Source: Terriglobia bacterium
GTDB lineage: Bacteria > Acidobacteriota > Terriglobia > Acidiferrales > UBA7541
Direction of reading: 5' to 3'
Length of the DNA: 64,000 nt
NCBI GenBank assembly: GCA_963695545.1
Contig: OY968796.1
Coordinates: 1,184,001-1,248,000, forward strand
In this document: positions 48,714 through 62,235 of the stretch, piece after piece
Position numbering within the stretch: the stretch's first letter is position 1
How the letters are laid out: each line of letters opens with the position of its first letter
Position numbers and translations under genes: made by a program
Notes under the pieces: model-generated
Database searches by the model: none
Told to the model about the DNA's origin: nothing
Seen by the model: the letters and a program-made list of their open reading frames with translations, nothing else

Positions 48714-49874
48714 GTGCTTGGGCCAATCGATTCGACTCTCAATCTTGGGTTCGCCACTTCGTCTTCATCTCGGTCTCCGTCCCCAAACAAGGACGCTTGG
48801 AAGGCGCACGTCAGTCAGAAACCGATACCGGTGCGATTTTCGCTCTTGCCTCAGGGTCAGGCACGATGGGGCGCAATGAGCCTGAGTTTGGTTCTCCAGA
48901 TTGTGTTGGCCGGCACAGCCGTGGCCATTCCGCTGCTGTTTCCCCAACAGATGATTCCGAAGATGGTCTACCAGGTGATGAACGTCGCGCAGCCTCAGAC
49001 CGATGTGCCGCTGCCCCCGAAGCCGCCCGTCATCAAACCGCGCGTGCAGCCGCCTCCGGTCGAGCAGCCGCCACCGCCCGAACCGCAAGTGGCCAAATTG
49101 ATGGCGCCGCCGCGCATCGTTGCGCCGCAACTCAAGCCAAAAACCGTCCGCTCCGTGGCCGCGCCGGACATGAGCGCGAATCTCACGCCCGTCAAGATGG
49201 ATGATGCGAGCGATCAGCCCGCGCGTCCTCGGGAGCCGGTCAAGACCGGCATGCTCTCGACCGGAAGCGCCGCGGTGCCCACGATTAACAAGCCCGTTGA
49301 CAAAGTTCAAACCGGGGGATTCGGGGACCCGAATGGCGTACCCGGCCCCGGCAATCCCAACAAGGCCGCGAACGTAAATCGTTTCGGCTCGCCCGCGCTC
49401 CCCCCCGGACCTGGCTATGGAAACGGAACGGGTGGCGCGAATGGCGCACGAGGCGTGGTTGCGAGCACCGGCTTCGGGAACGGGGTCGCAAACCCACCTT
49501 CGGGTTCCGGCCATCCACATGGCACGGTTCAGACCAGCGGCTTTTCAGACGGCAACGCAGCGGCCGCGGCGCCTACGCACAAAACGGAGGACACGGCGGG
49601 AGCCGTGACGCCGGTCGTGATCCTGGCGAAGCCCAAACCGATCTACACGGACGAAGCGCGCAAATTGAACATCGAAGGAGAAGTGTTGCTCGACGTGGTT
49701 TTTCCGGCTTCCGGCCCCGTGCAAGTGAACCGTGTCATCCGGGGACTGGGGCACGGCCTGGATGAAAACGCAATCCGCGCGGCTGAGCAGATTCAGTTCA
49801 AGCCCGCGATGAGTAATGGTCACGCTGTGGATTTTCCCGCCACGGTCCACATCGTATTCGAGATGGCGTACTAA
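48714..49874 (+). CDS. tonB: Energy transducer TonB (start uncertain)
   Basis: TM anchor, Pro-rich linker, P.YTDEARKLNIEGEV..GLDENAI..FKPA C-terminal domain. Confidence 0.85.
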   Translation: MLGPIDSTLNLGFATSSSSRSPSPNKDAWKAHVSQKPIPVRFSLLPQGQARWGAMSLSLVLQIVLAGTAVAIPLLFPQQMIPKMVYQVMNVAQPQTDVPLPPKPPVIKPRVQPPPVEQPPPPEPQVAKLMAPPRIVAPQLKPKTVRSVAAPDMSANLTPVKMDDASDQPARPREPVKTGMLSTGSAAVPTINKPVDKVQTGGFGDPNGVPGPGNPNKAANVNRFGSPALPPGPGYGNGTGGANGARGVVASTGFGNGVANPPSGSGHPHGTVQTSGFSDGNAAAAAPTHKTEDTAGAVTPVVILAKPKPIYTDEARKLNIEGEVLLDVVFPASGPVQVNRVIRGLGHGLDENAIRAAEQIQFKPAMSNGHAVDFPATVHIVFEMAY

Positions 49875-49893
49875 GATTTTTGGAGGATTTGCT

Positions 49894-51612
49894 ATGCGTA
49901 CCCTGCGAGTGATTTTCGTGATATTGGCATTGAGCGTGATCCCATTGCGCGCGGCTGATCAGCCGGACACGTTGAATCAGGTGGAGGACCGCATCTTCGC
50001 GCAAGAGCACGCGGAGATCACCACCCTCAAGCAGTACTCGCCGCTGGTGGAAACCTACATCCAGGAGCTTCGCGCGGACAAGGATCTGGGCACCGTGCCG
50101 GCCGGCGACAAATATTTTCTGGGCCGCGCCGAGCTGGCCAAGGGCGTGGATCTCGTGCCTTTGACCTCGGAGGGAAACAAGGGCCACCGGATCATGTCCG
50201 GCTTGGGCTCGGTATTTAGCCTGCAGATGGATTTCCTGCCCCGCGGCTTCTTGCAGATGATTTATCTCGACGACACCGCTTTCGACCGCGAACACTACAA
50301 AATGGATTATGTGCGCCGCGAATTCCTGGGTGAGGTTCGCTGCCTGGTGTTTGACGTGACGCCGTTGCCCCACGCCGGCAAGGGACGCTTCACCGGTCGC
50401 ATCTGGGTCGAGGACCAGGATTACCACGTGGTTCGTTTCAACGGCGGGTACACCGGCAGTTCGTCCGGCAGCTTCTATTTCCACTTCGACAGCTGGCGCG
50501 TGAACGCCGGCCCGAATCTGTGGCTGCCCGCGTTCATTTACAGCGAAGAGTCCAACTTGCATTACGCCGTGGGCAAGACGCTGCAGTTCAAAGGGCAGAC
50601 GCGGCTGTGGGGCTACAACCTGGGTCAGGCCCGGGAAGAAGAGGAGTTGAGCAAAGTTCTGGTGGAAGCGCCGACCTCGGTCGACGACCAAACGCAGAAT
50701 GCAAACGACCTTTCGCCGGTGCAGGCGCAGCGCTCCTGGGACCACCAGGCGGAAGACAACGTCACGGACCGCCTCGAGCGTATGGGTCTTCTGGCGCCAA
50801 AAGGCGACGTGGACAAGGTTCTGGAAACGGTTGTCAACAATCTCGAAGTGACCAACAACCTGGACATCGAGCCCGAAATACGCTGCCGCGTGCTGCTCAC
50901 CTCGACGCTGGAATCGTTCACCATCGGTCACACCATCGTTTTGAGCCGCGGCCTGATCGACGTTTTGCCAGATGAAGCGAGCCTTGCAACGATGCTCGCG
51001 CACGAACTGGCCAGCGTGGTGCTCGGCTATCGCATCAATTCGCAATACGCTTTCTTCGATAACATTCTGTTCGACGATAAGGACGTCTTCCGCCACTTCG
51101 GATTCGCGCGCACTCCGGAAGAGGATCAAGCCGCGGACGTAGAGGCCGCCAAGTTACTGCGCAACTCTCCGTACAAAGACCAACTGGCGACGGCCAACCT
51201 CTTCATTCAGGCTCTCGATCAGCGCTCCAAGGAAATTCCCAACTTGATCAGCCCGCACTTGGGTGATCGTGTTCCGGTGAGCATGACGATCCAAGCGACT
51301 GCTTCTTCGACGGAACCGACATCGGCTCCGCCGGCTGCGGCGCCCGCGAATCTAATTGTGGCGTTGCCGCTCGGCGGCCGCGTGAAGATGGATCCGTGGG
51401 ACGATTCACTGGAAATGCTGAAGAGCAAGCCGGTCGGCACGGTGGCCGAGCGCGAAAAGATGCCCTTCGAGGTCACGCCGTTCATGTTGTATCTGACTCG
51501 CGAAAGCGCTGGCTCATCCGCGCAAACGCCCGGCGCCGGCGCGGTTTCCGCTTCACAGGACGACACGGCAACACCGCAACCGGCCGCCGCCGATCCGTCA
51601 AAACAGCAGTAA
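49894..51612 (+). CDS. Secreted protein with a degenerate M48 peptidase-like domain
   Basis: GGAGG RBS, signal peptide; IVLSRGLIDVL.DEASLA..LAHELAS (HExxH changed to HELAS). Confidence 0.7.
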   Translation: MRTLRVIFVILALSVIPLRAADQPDTLNQVEDRIFAQEHAEITTLKQYSPLVETYIQELRADKDLGTVPAGDKYFLGRAELAKGVDLVPLTSEGNKGHRIMSGLGSVFSLQMDFLPRGFLQMIYLDDTAFDREHYKMDYVRREFLGEVRCLVFDVTPLPHAGKGRFTGRIWVEDQDYHVVRFNGGYTGSSSGSFYFHFDSWRVNAGPNLWLPAFIYSEESNLHYAVGKTLQFKGQTRLWGYNLGQAREEEELSKVLVEAPTSVDDQTQNANDLSPVQAQRSWDHQAEDNVTDRLERMGLLAPKGDVDKVLETVVNNLEVTNNLDIEPEIRCRVLLTSTLESFTIGHTIVLSRGLIDVLPDEASLATMLAHELASVVLGYRINSQYAFFDNILFDDKDVFRHFGFARTPEEDQAADVEAAKLLRNSPYKDQLATANLFIQALDQRSKEIPNLISPHLGDRVPVSMTIQATASSTEPTSAPPAAAPANLIVALPLGGRVKMDPWDDSLEMLKSKPVGTVAEREKMPFEVTPFMLYLTRESAGSSAQTPGAGAVSASQDDTATPQPAAADPSKQQ

Positions 51613-51643
51613 CGTCGCCGCCAGCCGCTGCGGCTAACGATTT

Positions 51644-51680
51644 CGGCCGGCCCCTTCATCGGGCCGGCCGTTTTCTTTTC
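51644..51680 (+). terminator. Rho-independent terminator
   Basis: CGGCCGGCCC-cttcatc-GGGCCGGCCG-TTTTCTTTT. Confidence 0.85.
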
Positions 51681-51721
51681 TGCGTGCCGCGTCGAATCAC
51701 GCGATCGAAAACTGCATTCCC

Positions 51722-51762
51722 AAAAACAACAACGGCGTCCCGACCTCTCGGGACGCCGTTGT
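51722..51762 (-). terminator. Rho-independent terminator for the TonB-dependent receptor
   Basis: ACAACGGCGTCCCGA/TCGGGACGCCGTTGT stem with an A-tract on the left. Confidence 0.8.
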
Positions 51763-51791
51763 CTTGCGGATTTGCTTCCGATTTGAGTTAG

Positions 51792-54700
51792 CTAGAACTC
51801 AAACGTGAAACCAGTCTGCAGTTGTCGCGCGCCGTAGAGCGCGCCGCTGGTTGTGGCTGGAGCCCGGAAGCCCGAAAACGGCAGGAAGCAGCCCACCACG
51901 CCCGGATGTGTTCCCGTCCCGCACGTGGTTGAGGTTGTCGTCGCCTGGGTGTATGTGAATGCCTCCGTGTTAACGTCCTGAATCAGCTCGCTGTTGAATA
52001 GGTTGAACGCTTCGGCGCGAAGCTCGAGTTTGAACCGTTCATGAATAGTGAAATCTCGTTCAACGCGCAAGTCGATGTTTGTCGTCGTCGGCAAATTGAA
52101 AGAGTTGCGCGGCAGCCACACGGCCCGTCCGCCACCGGAACTGGCGAACGTGCTCACCACGGCGCCGGTCATTCCGCCATCGGGTCCGTTGACGCCAGCG
52201 AACGTCGAACCACCGAGTTCGGCGGTGTACGGTTGGCCGGTGGCGGCAGTGACGATCGTGGACAGCGCCCAGCCGTTCAGGAACTGGCGCTCAAACATGC
52301 CGCCATGGGCGTAGTTGGGAGTCCACGCGAGGCTTGCGACAAAGCGGTGCCGCTGATCGAGATCGGAATAAGAATAATCTGCATTGAGGTTATAGGGATC
52401 GGTCACATCATCGGTTCCGAAGAACGTGCCGCTATTTCCCTCTGAATTGGTTCCCCCGGTGATCTGTCCATCATCCAGCGCCTTGCTGTAGGTGTAATTG
52501 GCCAGCAACTCGAAGCTGTGACTCAACGGCTTTCGAATCGTCAATACCAGGCCGTTGTACCAGGAATCGACGGCGCTGTATTGATTGAGAATGATGCCCG
52601 CAGTTGGGTTCAGGCGCGCGGAGTAAACGGGCACCGTCGTGGTCAGCGTCGTCGGACTTCCGGCCGTAGAGCCTGACAGTACGTCGTAGCTAATTGTGCC
52701 GGTGCTCGGAGCGATGTTGGAATCGTAACTCGCAGGAAGGTGCAAGCCGCGGCTCACCAAATATGTAGCCGAGACGGCAATGTTCCCCGGCAATTGATGC
52801 TCCAGGGTCACTTCGCCCTCGTCTGCTCTCGGATTCACAAAATCCGGTTCCATCCCGTGAATCGCCTGAACAGAAGTGGGCAGGGTGGCGGCGCCGAGCG
52901 TGGTGCAGGTTGGGGCGTTCCCGGGCGTGGCCGTTGTGGTGCAGACGGCGGCGGGCGTGAGTGCGCCAGAAAACGGCGCCGCGAGCGCAGGTCCTGGCGG
53001 AGTAAAGAACACATCCGGGAAAATCGGCGCGCAATTCTTGAGCGCCGTATTTGAGCTAGATGGTGAGCAGCCCGAGAACGTCTGCTGGTAAATCCCGTTT
53101 TCCACGCGCAGCGCGTAATACGTGCTGTTGGACGTCTTGCCGTAGAAGATTCCGTATCCCATGCGCAGCACGGTGTTCTTCGAGAATTGCCACGCGATGC
53201 CGATTCTGGGAGCGACGTTTCCCTTGTCGATATTCAGCGTAGAAGTGTCCAGTATCTGCAGCGGAGTAGCGTTCGGATTGTTGGCGGTGTTGTTCGGGTG
53301 CGGCGGCTCTGGGACGTGCTGGATGTCGTATCGCATGCCCAGATTGAACGTCAAATTGGGGCGCACCTTCCAAGTGTCCTCAACGTAGGCCCCAAAATCG
53401 TTGTCGTAGAAGTCATCCGCTCCGTCGTGCGTAATCGGATCCTCTACTTGCGTGAAGCTGCCGTAGTGCCGGCCCGTCAAGCCATCGCCAAGGTTGACGC
53501 CAAACACGTCAGCGCTCCAGGAGCAGAATTCCTGCTGGACCGCCGACGCGGCGGGAGCCAAACATGCCGCGCCCACCGAAGCCGGGAGAACCGGATCGGT
53601 GCTGTTGCTGTAGCTGTAACTTCCGTCGCCCTGGAAGAGATTGATGAGCAGCTCGTGGATGAGGTTCACGTCCACGCCGACTTTCACGCTGTGCTCGCCC
53701 TTCTGGATCGAGAAATCGTCGGACATCTGATAGCGATGCTCGTCCGGAAAAGCCGGCCGCGGCAAAGCGCTGGTTTCTCCGTAGGTTGTGAGGCTGGATA
53801 TAGACGTGAACGGGCCGGGACCGTTCGTACTATCGTATTCATAATCCTGGCCCCACTGGAAGCGCACATCATTGACCTTGTTGCCGCCGAATGTGGATGT
53901 CCAGTTGCCGATGAAGAACCGCTCATGCGTCGCGCCGAAACCGTTCACGGTTACGCCGGCATTCGACGCCGTGGCGGAGGTGTTGTATCCATCGGGTTCA
54001 TCCCAGTCCTGGATGTTGAGGACCGCGCTCAGGTGGTTGGCCGGAGTGAGCTGATAATCGAGCTTGCCGAATCCGATGTTCTGTTTCAAGTCCCGGGGAA
54101 AAGCGCCCTGAAGATCGCCGGTGATGAAACTCTGCGCTTCGCTGCACTGCGTGGTGGTGACCTGCGTGGGACACACCAGGCTGCTAATCGGCGACGCAAA
54201 GGTTGTGAAGTAAAGAATCGGATTGACCTTCCGGAAGCCGTCGTAAGTGCCGAAGAAAAACAGTTTGTCCTTCTTGATCGGCGTGCCGATGCTCCCGCCG
54301 AATTGTTGCTGCTGGTGAACGGTCTGCGTCGGCGCCAGGTGATTTGCGACCAATCCCTCTGTCGCGGCCGGATCCAGCGCGTTCAGGCTCGGATAGCGCA
54401 AGTTGTAGAAAACATCGCCGTGCACATCGTTGGTGCCGGATTTCGTTACCGCGTTCACCACGCCGCCGGCCGCTTGCCCGTATTCCGCGCTGTAGTTGCT
54501 GTTGTTGACCTGAAATTCCTGAATCGAATCGGCGCTGTACACATACGCAACAATGATGGTGCGGCCGCGCGCTTCGGAGAAGAACGCCTGCGTGTTGTTC
54601 GCGCCGTCCACCATGTTCCCGTTATACAGAGCGGAAATCCCGCGAAAGCTAGAGAGTCCACTGGTGCCGTCGGTCGTGACCCCCGGGGTGAGGAGCACGA

Positions 54701-55196
54701 AATCCTCCCACCGCCGCCCGTTGATGGGCAGCCCGTCGACGAGGTTTTCGCTTACGGTCTGCGCTAATGCCGTTTTTTGCGTTTCGATCAGGGGCGTTTC
54801 CCCGGTTACCGTGATGCTCGCCTGGGTCGAAACCAGCGGAAGAGCTGCATCTACCGTCAGCCGCCCGCCCACTTGCACCACGATGTCCGTGTGTGTGTAC
54901 ACCGCAAAACCGTCTTTCGTGACCGTGACCGTGTAATGGCCCGGCTGCAGCGAAGTCGCCGAATAGAACCCATCGCTATTGGTCTCGAAGTTGTGCGCAA
55001 TACCGGTGTCGGTGTCCAGCACGACGATCGCTGCACCTGGCACTGCGGCGCCCGATGGATCCGTCACCGTGCCAATTATGGTGCCGCTGGTGGACGATTG
55101 CGCCCCCGCATTTGTGGACAAAGCGCACGCCAGAACCAGAGCGCCGCCGATTACGAAGACACCCCTAAAAATGACCTTGAGTTTATCTAGGCTCAC
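51792..55196 (-). CDS. TonB-dependent receptor (Oar-like, carboxypeptidase-regulatory N-domain)
   Basis: GTVTDPSGAAVPGA, LPINGRR, YSAEYG..AGGVVNAVTKSGTN, RAEAFNLFN, terminal FEF. Confidence 0.92.
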   Translation of the reverse strand: MSLDKLKVIFRGVFVIGGALVLACALSTNAGAQSSTSGTIIGTVTDPSGAAVPGAAIVVLDTDTGIAHNFETNSDGFYSATSLQPGHYTVTVTKDGFAVYTHTDIVVQVGGRLTVDAALPLVSTQASITVTGETPLIETQKTALAQTVSENLVDGLPINGRRWEDFVLLTPGVTTDGTSGLSSFRGISALYNGNMVDGANNTQAFFSEARGRTIIVAYVYSADSIQEFQVNNSNYSAEYGQAAGGVVNAVTKSGTNDVHGDVFYNLRYPSLNALDPAATEGLVANHLAPTQTVHQQQQFGGSIGTPIKKDKLFFFGTYDGFRKVNPILYFTTFASPISSLVCPTQVTTTQCSEAQSFITGDLQGAFPRDLKQNIGFGKLDYQLTPANHLSAVLNIQDWDEPDGYNTSATASNAGVTVNGFGATHERFFIGNWTSTFGGNKVNDVRFQWGQDYEYDSTNGPGPFTSISSLTTYGETSALPRPAFPDEHRYQMSDDFSIQKGEHSVKVGVDVNLIHELLINLFQGDGSYSYSNSTDPVLPASVGAACLAPAASAVQQEFCSWSADVFGVNLGDGLTGRHYGSFTQVEDPITHDGADDFYDNDFGAYVEDTWKVRPNLTFNLGMRYDIQHVPEPPHPNNTANNPNATPLQILDTSTLNIDKGNVAPRIGIAWQFSKNTVLRMGYGIFYGKTSNSTYYALRVENGIYQQTFSGCSPSSSNTALKNCAPIFPDVFFTPPGPALAAPFSGALTPAAVCTTTATPGNAPTCTTLGAATLPTSVQAIHGMEPDFVNPRADEGEVTLEHQLPGNIAVSATYLVSRGLHLPASYDSNIAPSTGTISYDVLSGSTAGSPTTLTTTVPVYSARLNPTAGIILNQYSAVDSWYNGLVLTIRKPLSHSFELLANYTYSKALDDGQITGGTNSEGNSGTFFGTDDVTDPYNLNADYSYSDLDQRHRFVASLAWTPNYAHGGMFERQFLNGWALSTIVTAATGQPYTAELGGSTFAGVNGPDGGMTGAVVSTFASSGGGRAVWLPRNSFNLPTTTNIDLRVERDFTIHERFKLELRAEAFNLFNSELIQDVNTEAFTYTQATTTSTTCGTGTHPGVVGCFLPFSGFRAPATTSGALYGARQLQTGFTFEF

Positions 55197-55459
55197 ATTT
55201 TCCCCCTGAAATGCAATTTCCCTCCAAAAACACTACCCCGCGTTCCCCGATACGGGAAACGCAAAATCACAATGCGCATTTTCGGAATATTGAATCCTAC
55301 CGAGCCCGGCTCCCACCCCTGGGACCAGCGCTCCGATTGTTTTGCCGGAAAAGCCGAACCTTGTCAAGCCGGATGATTCGCCTTCCGCGCCCGAAAATGT
55401 CCCTGAGGAAAACGTGAGGATTTTTCGCAGCTCGCCGAAAAAACCTTGCGATTCGACAC

Positions 55460-55487
55460 TTGACGCATACAAGATTGCTGCTATACT
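55460..55487 (+). promoter_or_regulatory. Sigma70-type promoter upstream of the 23S-5S unit
   Basis: TTGACG-16 bp-TATACT with extended TG. Confidence 0.75.
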
Positions 55488-55654
55488 CCTTAGTTGGCCG
55501 CTGAGTCTCGGCCAAACGGGTCTCGATCAGGGTCATAACCTTCAGGCTTTCGGGTCCTGCGTAAGGCTCGGAGTGAGGTCGGTTACGAATACCGGATAGA
55601 CAATTAGTCGAGCATCGCGCGAATCCGTTCCTACGGAGTATAGGGACGGCTTGG

Positions 55655-55680
55655 CCCGGCGCTCGACGCCGGGTTTTTTG
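55655..55680 (+). terminator. Terminator-like hairpin within the rRNA leader
   Basis: CCCGGCG-ctcga-CGCCGGG-TTTTTTG. Confidence 0.7.
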
Positions 55681-55731
55681 TTGTCTAAAGCCTGCCGCGA
55701 GGCACCGCTTGTTAAGCAGCAAGAAGCAAAA

Positions 55732-55766
55732 GCTCCGCCAGGCGTGGAGCATACGTTCTTTGACAA
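55732..55766 (+). promoter_or_regulatory. boxB hairpin plus boxA antitermination element
   Basis: GCTCCGC-caggc-GTGGAGC followed by GTTCTTTGACAA. Confidence 0.75.
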
Positions 55767-56047
55767 CTGAATAGCTGGCTTGGCACACGCGATTGCGCCT
55801 TCGCACGAAGGCGTGGCCGTGGCGTGTCAGCCGCAAATTTGTTCGAGTAGAGCGAATTGTGGAAAGGCGAGCTTGCTCGACGCGACAGCGTGTTTGTGTC
55901 CTCAGCTGCATTTCAGCTGCGGCCCGCAGACATGGCACCCTGAAGAACGTATAGGAGGGCTGCAAGACCTTCCTGACCACGTTTACCAGGGTTCCGAATC
56001 TCACTGAGTGATCAGGTATGAATCGGGACGTGTGGGGTAAGTTTTAT

Positions 56048-59018
<2,971 letters not shown>

Positions 59019-59283
59019 ATAAAACTTTCCCAACTCGTCGCATTGCGACGTCGCTTTCAGACGCCGCAATCACAAAAGAGTTGGGCAAGTTTGGGCAACA
59101 AAGCGTCTTTCTCAAATTGTTCTACTCATTCACAAAAATCATTCACACGAATGATCTTCACAAATTGTGCGGATTTGCGGCAATGCCAGCTAATTCAGTT
59201 GCGAAGCTCGATGGCTTTGGATTTCCTCCGAAGCAGCGCTCTCGAGATTCGAGCCTGCTCATATTTTGCAGGCTCATCAATTT

Positions 59284-59400
<117 letters not shown>

Positions 59401-59408
59401 TTAATTCC

Positions 59409-59451
59409 AAGGGCTCCGATTCCTAAACCGAATCGGAGCCCTTTTTATTTT
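59409..59451 (+). terminator. rRNA operon terminator
   Basis: AAGGGCTCCGATTC-ctaaacc-GAATCGGAGCCCTT-TTTATTTT. Confidence 0.92.
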
Positions 59452-59491
59452 CCGGCGCGATTCTGGTCTCCTGCATGGCTCACGAAAACCG

Positions 59492-59522
59492 GAAAATGTC
59501 CCGTCTGCCCCTGACCTGCCCC
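59492..59522 (-). repeat. Family-B repeat
   Basis: GAAAATGTCCCGTCTGCCCC followed by a re-duplicated CTGCCCC. Confidence 0.75.
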
Positions 59523-59604
59523 GGGGCGGCAACGTTGCAGGCCGGAAATGCGTCACACCAGATATAGAATTTAGCGGGGAACTTGTCCGATGGAGGGTTC
59601 GGCG

Positions 59605-60386
59605 ATGAAGAAAATTCTATTGGCCGCGTTCGCACTATGGTTGATGGGCGCACCAGTGGCGCAGGGGCAGACAAAAACATTCCGATTATATCTTGCTCCA
59701 AATTCGACTGTCGCCCTCCCTGACATCGTGAAAAATCTGGTCTCCAAGTGCCCGAGCACCACGATGACGATCGACGCCCAAAAATCCGATTTCATGCTCC
59801 AAGCATGGGGCTGGTCCGGCAACTATAAATTCACCGTTTTCGAGCGCGGCGGCACCGCCGTTTACGGCACCACGACCGTGACGCTCTCGAATGCCGTCAA
59901 AGACGTTTGTCACTTCCTCCAATCCCCCAGGCTCAGCAGAATATCGGTCCCGCCGCACCCCCCAGCAGCCCACCGCAGGCCGTCTATGTGAGTGCCGATT
60001 CCCTTAACATCGTTCGCGGCGCTCTGACGAATGCCGCCGACGATTTGCGGAACGCCGCGAACCAAAGCGATTACGTCCAGAAAGCGACTGCAGAGATCGA
60101 CCAAGCGCTGGAGGACGCCAAACAAGCGGCAGCACATATCCACGACGATTCCGGTGCGGCGGTTCCGCTACCATCCCCCAACTTCGATGCTCCGCCACCA
60201 CCGGCGCCGCGAACCAACTTCATGTTGTACGCGTCTCTCGAAAGACTAAGGTTCGCTTACCAAGCCTTGACCCGAGTTCCAGACGGTGATTTCGGAGGCT
60301 ACCGCACGCGAATGAATGACGACATCGCGGCCGCTGCCGGAGTCTTGGTCAACGGCATCGCCTCATACAACGCCCGGCATCCGTAG
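59605..60386 (+). CDS. Secreted hypothetical protein, probably one gene split by a frameshift near 59925
   Basis: Signal peptide MKKILLAAFALWLMGAPVAQG; the second frame continues as a Pro-rich linker and helical domain after a C5 run. Confidence 0.55.
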
Positions 60387-60436
60387 TAGACGCAGAAGAT
60401 GAAGAAACATCAGAAAACGCAGCATCTTTCAAATCC

Positions 60437-60595
60437 GACAATCGAGGACGACAATCGGGGACAGACGCGACGTTCTCCGTCTTTCTGGGAACGCGCGCAT
60501 AGAATAGCGATTGGCGGTGCGAGACATTCGCGACCAGCATACGGACCAAGTGAGCCAGCGCCAAAAAAATTTAACAACTGTCCCGTCTGTCCCCG
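60437..60595. repeat. Inverted pair of family-B repeats (REPIN/MITE-like, ~140 bp)
   Basis: GGGGACAGACGCGACGTT (60457-60474) ... AACTGTCCCGTCTGTCCCC (60576-60594). Confidence 0.85.
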
Positions 60596-60719
60596 TTTTC
60601 CCGGCGAACAATCTTCGGATATCGCTGGCTGTCCTGCGATTGCGTTCTTCAGTTGGTTCTTCACCGAGCTGAATGTCCCTTTAGATCGCCATCGGAACGC
60701 ACGCCAGCGGCCAAACCAA

Positions 60720-61472
60720 TCAGATTTGGGCCATGCCGCCGTCGACGAAGAGTTCGATGCCCGTGACGTAGCTGCTTTCATCGGAAGCAAGGAAAGAAAC
60801 AACTTTGGCGACTTCGTCCAAGGTCCCCGTGCGACCGAGGGGTATGTTGACCACGGCGCTGTCTGCGTATTGCTTGATTTGTTCGTCAGTCAGGCCCAGG
60901 GAATTGCGGTAGCCCGGAGAAGGAATCACGCCAGGACTCACAGCGTTCACGCGGATCTTGCGGTCCTTGAGATCCGAGGTGAAGGTGCGCGCGAAGGACC
61001 GCACCGCCGCTTTGGATGCGCTGTATACACTGAGCGCGGGCGGTCCTGTCACGGAAACGATCGACGCATTCAGAATGATCGAGCTTCCATCCTTTAGCAG
61101 CGGAAGCGCCTTTTGCACGGAGAACAGTAGACCCTTGACGTTGGCATTGAACGTCTTGTCGAAATGCTCTTCAGTGATTGTGCCCAGGGGGCCAAATTCC
61201 CCAGTGCCGGCATTGGCGAATAGAATGTCGATATGCCCCTTCTCCCGCTTTACGGTGTCGTATAACCGGTCAAGATCGGCGAGATTGGAAACGTCGCCCT
61301 GCACGGCCGTAACGTTTTTGCCGATCTGTTTCACCGCCGCGTCGAGTTCGTTTTGACGACGGCCGGTGATAAACACATACGCGCCCTCGGCAACGAAGCG
61401 TTGCGCCGTGGCCAGACCGATTCCGCTATTGCCTCCCGTGATGACGGCTATTTTTCCTTCCAGTTTGCTCAT
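60720..61472 (-). CDS. SDR family oxidoreductase
   Basis: [26 protein letters not shown]. Confidence 0.93.
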   Translation of the reverse strand: MSKLEGKIAVITGGNSGIGLATAQRFVAEGAYVFITGRRQNELDAAVKQIGKNVTAVQGDVSNLADLDRLYDTVKREKGHIDILFANAGTGEFGPLGTITEEHFDKTFNANVKGLLFSVQKALPLLKDGSSIILNASIVSVTGPPALSVYSASKAAVRSFARTFTSDLKDRKIRVNAVSPGVIPSPGYRNSLGLTDEQIKQYADSAVVNIPLGRTGTLDEVAKVVSFLASDESSYVTGIELFVDGGMAQI

Positions 61473-61597
61473 GATCCTTTCCCTCCTTGATTTCCGGTCG
61501 CGTGATAGTTCTGTACCGCACAGTATAGATGTCCTAGCGGGTGAATGGTTGCAACAATTGTGTATCGGCCGGTAAGGAAGGAGCATCCAAGGTGGGT

Positions 61598-62206
61598 ATG
61601 AAACATAACAAATCCTCAGGACGCACAGGACGTCCCCGCTCCTTCGATATCGACAAAGCCCTGGACCGTGCGTTGCAGGTGTTCTGGCGGAAGGGATATG
61701 AGGGCACGTCTCTGTCGGACCTGACCAAAGCTGTGCACGTCAACCGCCCGAGCCTCTACGCCGCCTTCGGTGACAAGAAAGCGCTGTTTCGCAGGGCGCT
61801 AGATCGTTACTTGAACGGGCCGGCGTCCTATACCCAAGAAGCATTGAAGGAGCCGACCGCCCGCGCGGTCGTTGAACGATTGTTGCAGGGCGCCGCCGAT
61901 TTGAACACCGCGCCGCGCAATCCGGGCGGCTGCCTCATGGTGCAAGGTGCGCTTGCCAGCGGCGCCGCGGGCGATTCCATCCGGCAGGAACTAATCGCGT
62001 GCCGCGCGGCGGGTGAGGCTGCGTTGCGCCGGCGCTTCCAGCGCGCGAAATCAGAACGTGACCTTCCGGCCGATACAGATCCAGCAGATCTTGCTCGCTA
62101 CCTGGCAGCGATGATCTACGGAATGGCAGTCCAGGCAGCAGGCGGAGCCAGCCGCGATAAATTGCAAAGCGTAATCGAGATGACCTTGCGAACTCTACCG
62201 CTATGA
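61598..62206 (+). CDS. TetR/AcrR family regulator, divergent from the SDR
   Basis: [36 protein letters not shown]. Confidence 0.93.
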   Translation: MKHNKSSGRTGRPRSFDIDKALDRALQVFWRKGYEGTSLSDLTKAVHVNRPSLYAAFGDKKALFRRALDRYLNGPASYTQEALKEPTARAVVERLLQGAADLNTAPRNPGGCLMVQGALASGAAGDSIRQELIACRAAGEAALRRRFQRAKSERDLPADTDPADLARYLAAMIYGMAVQAAGGASRDKLQSVIEMTLRTLPL

Positions 62207-62235
62207 GACAGCGCATGTTCACTTGTGATAGAAAC

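Noticed and set aside
48215..48800. Long intergenic region before tonB as an ncRNA or riboswitch
   Set aside because: Only scattered short hairpins and no recognisable family motif or repeat; cannot be supported by eye.
55528..55550. GGGTCATAACCT resembling a tRNA-Met anticodon arm
   Set aside because: No acceptor stem, T-loop or full cloverleaf can be built.
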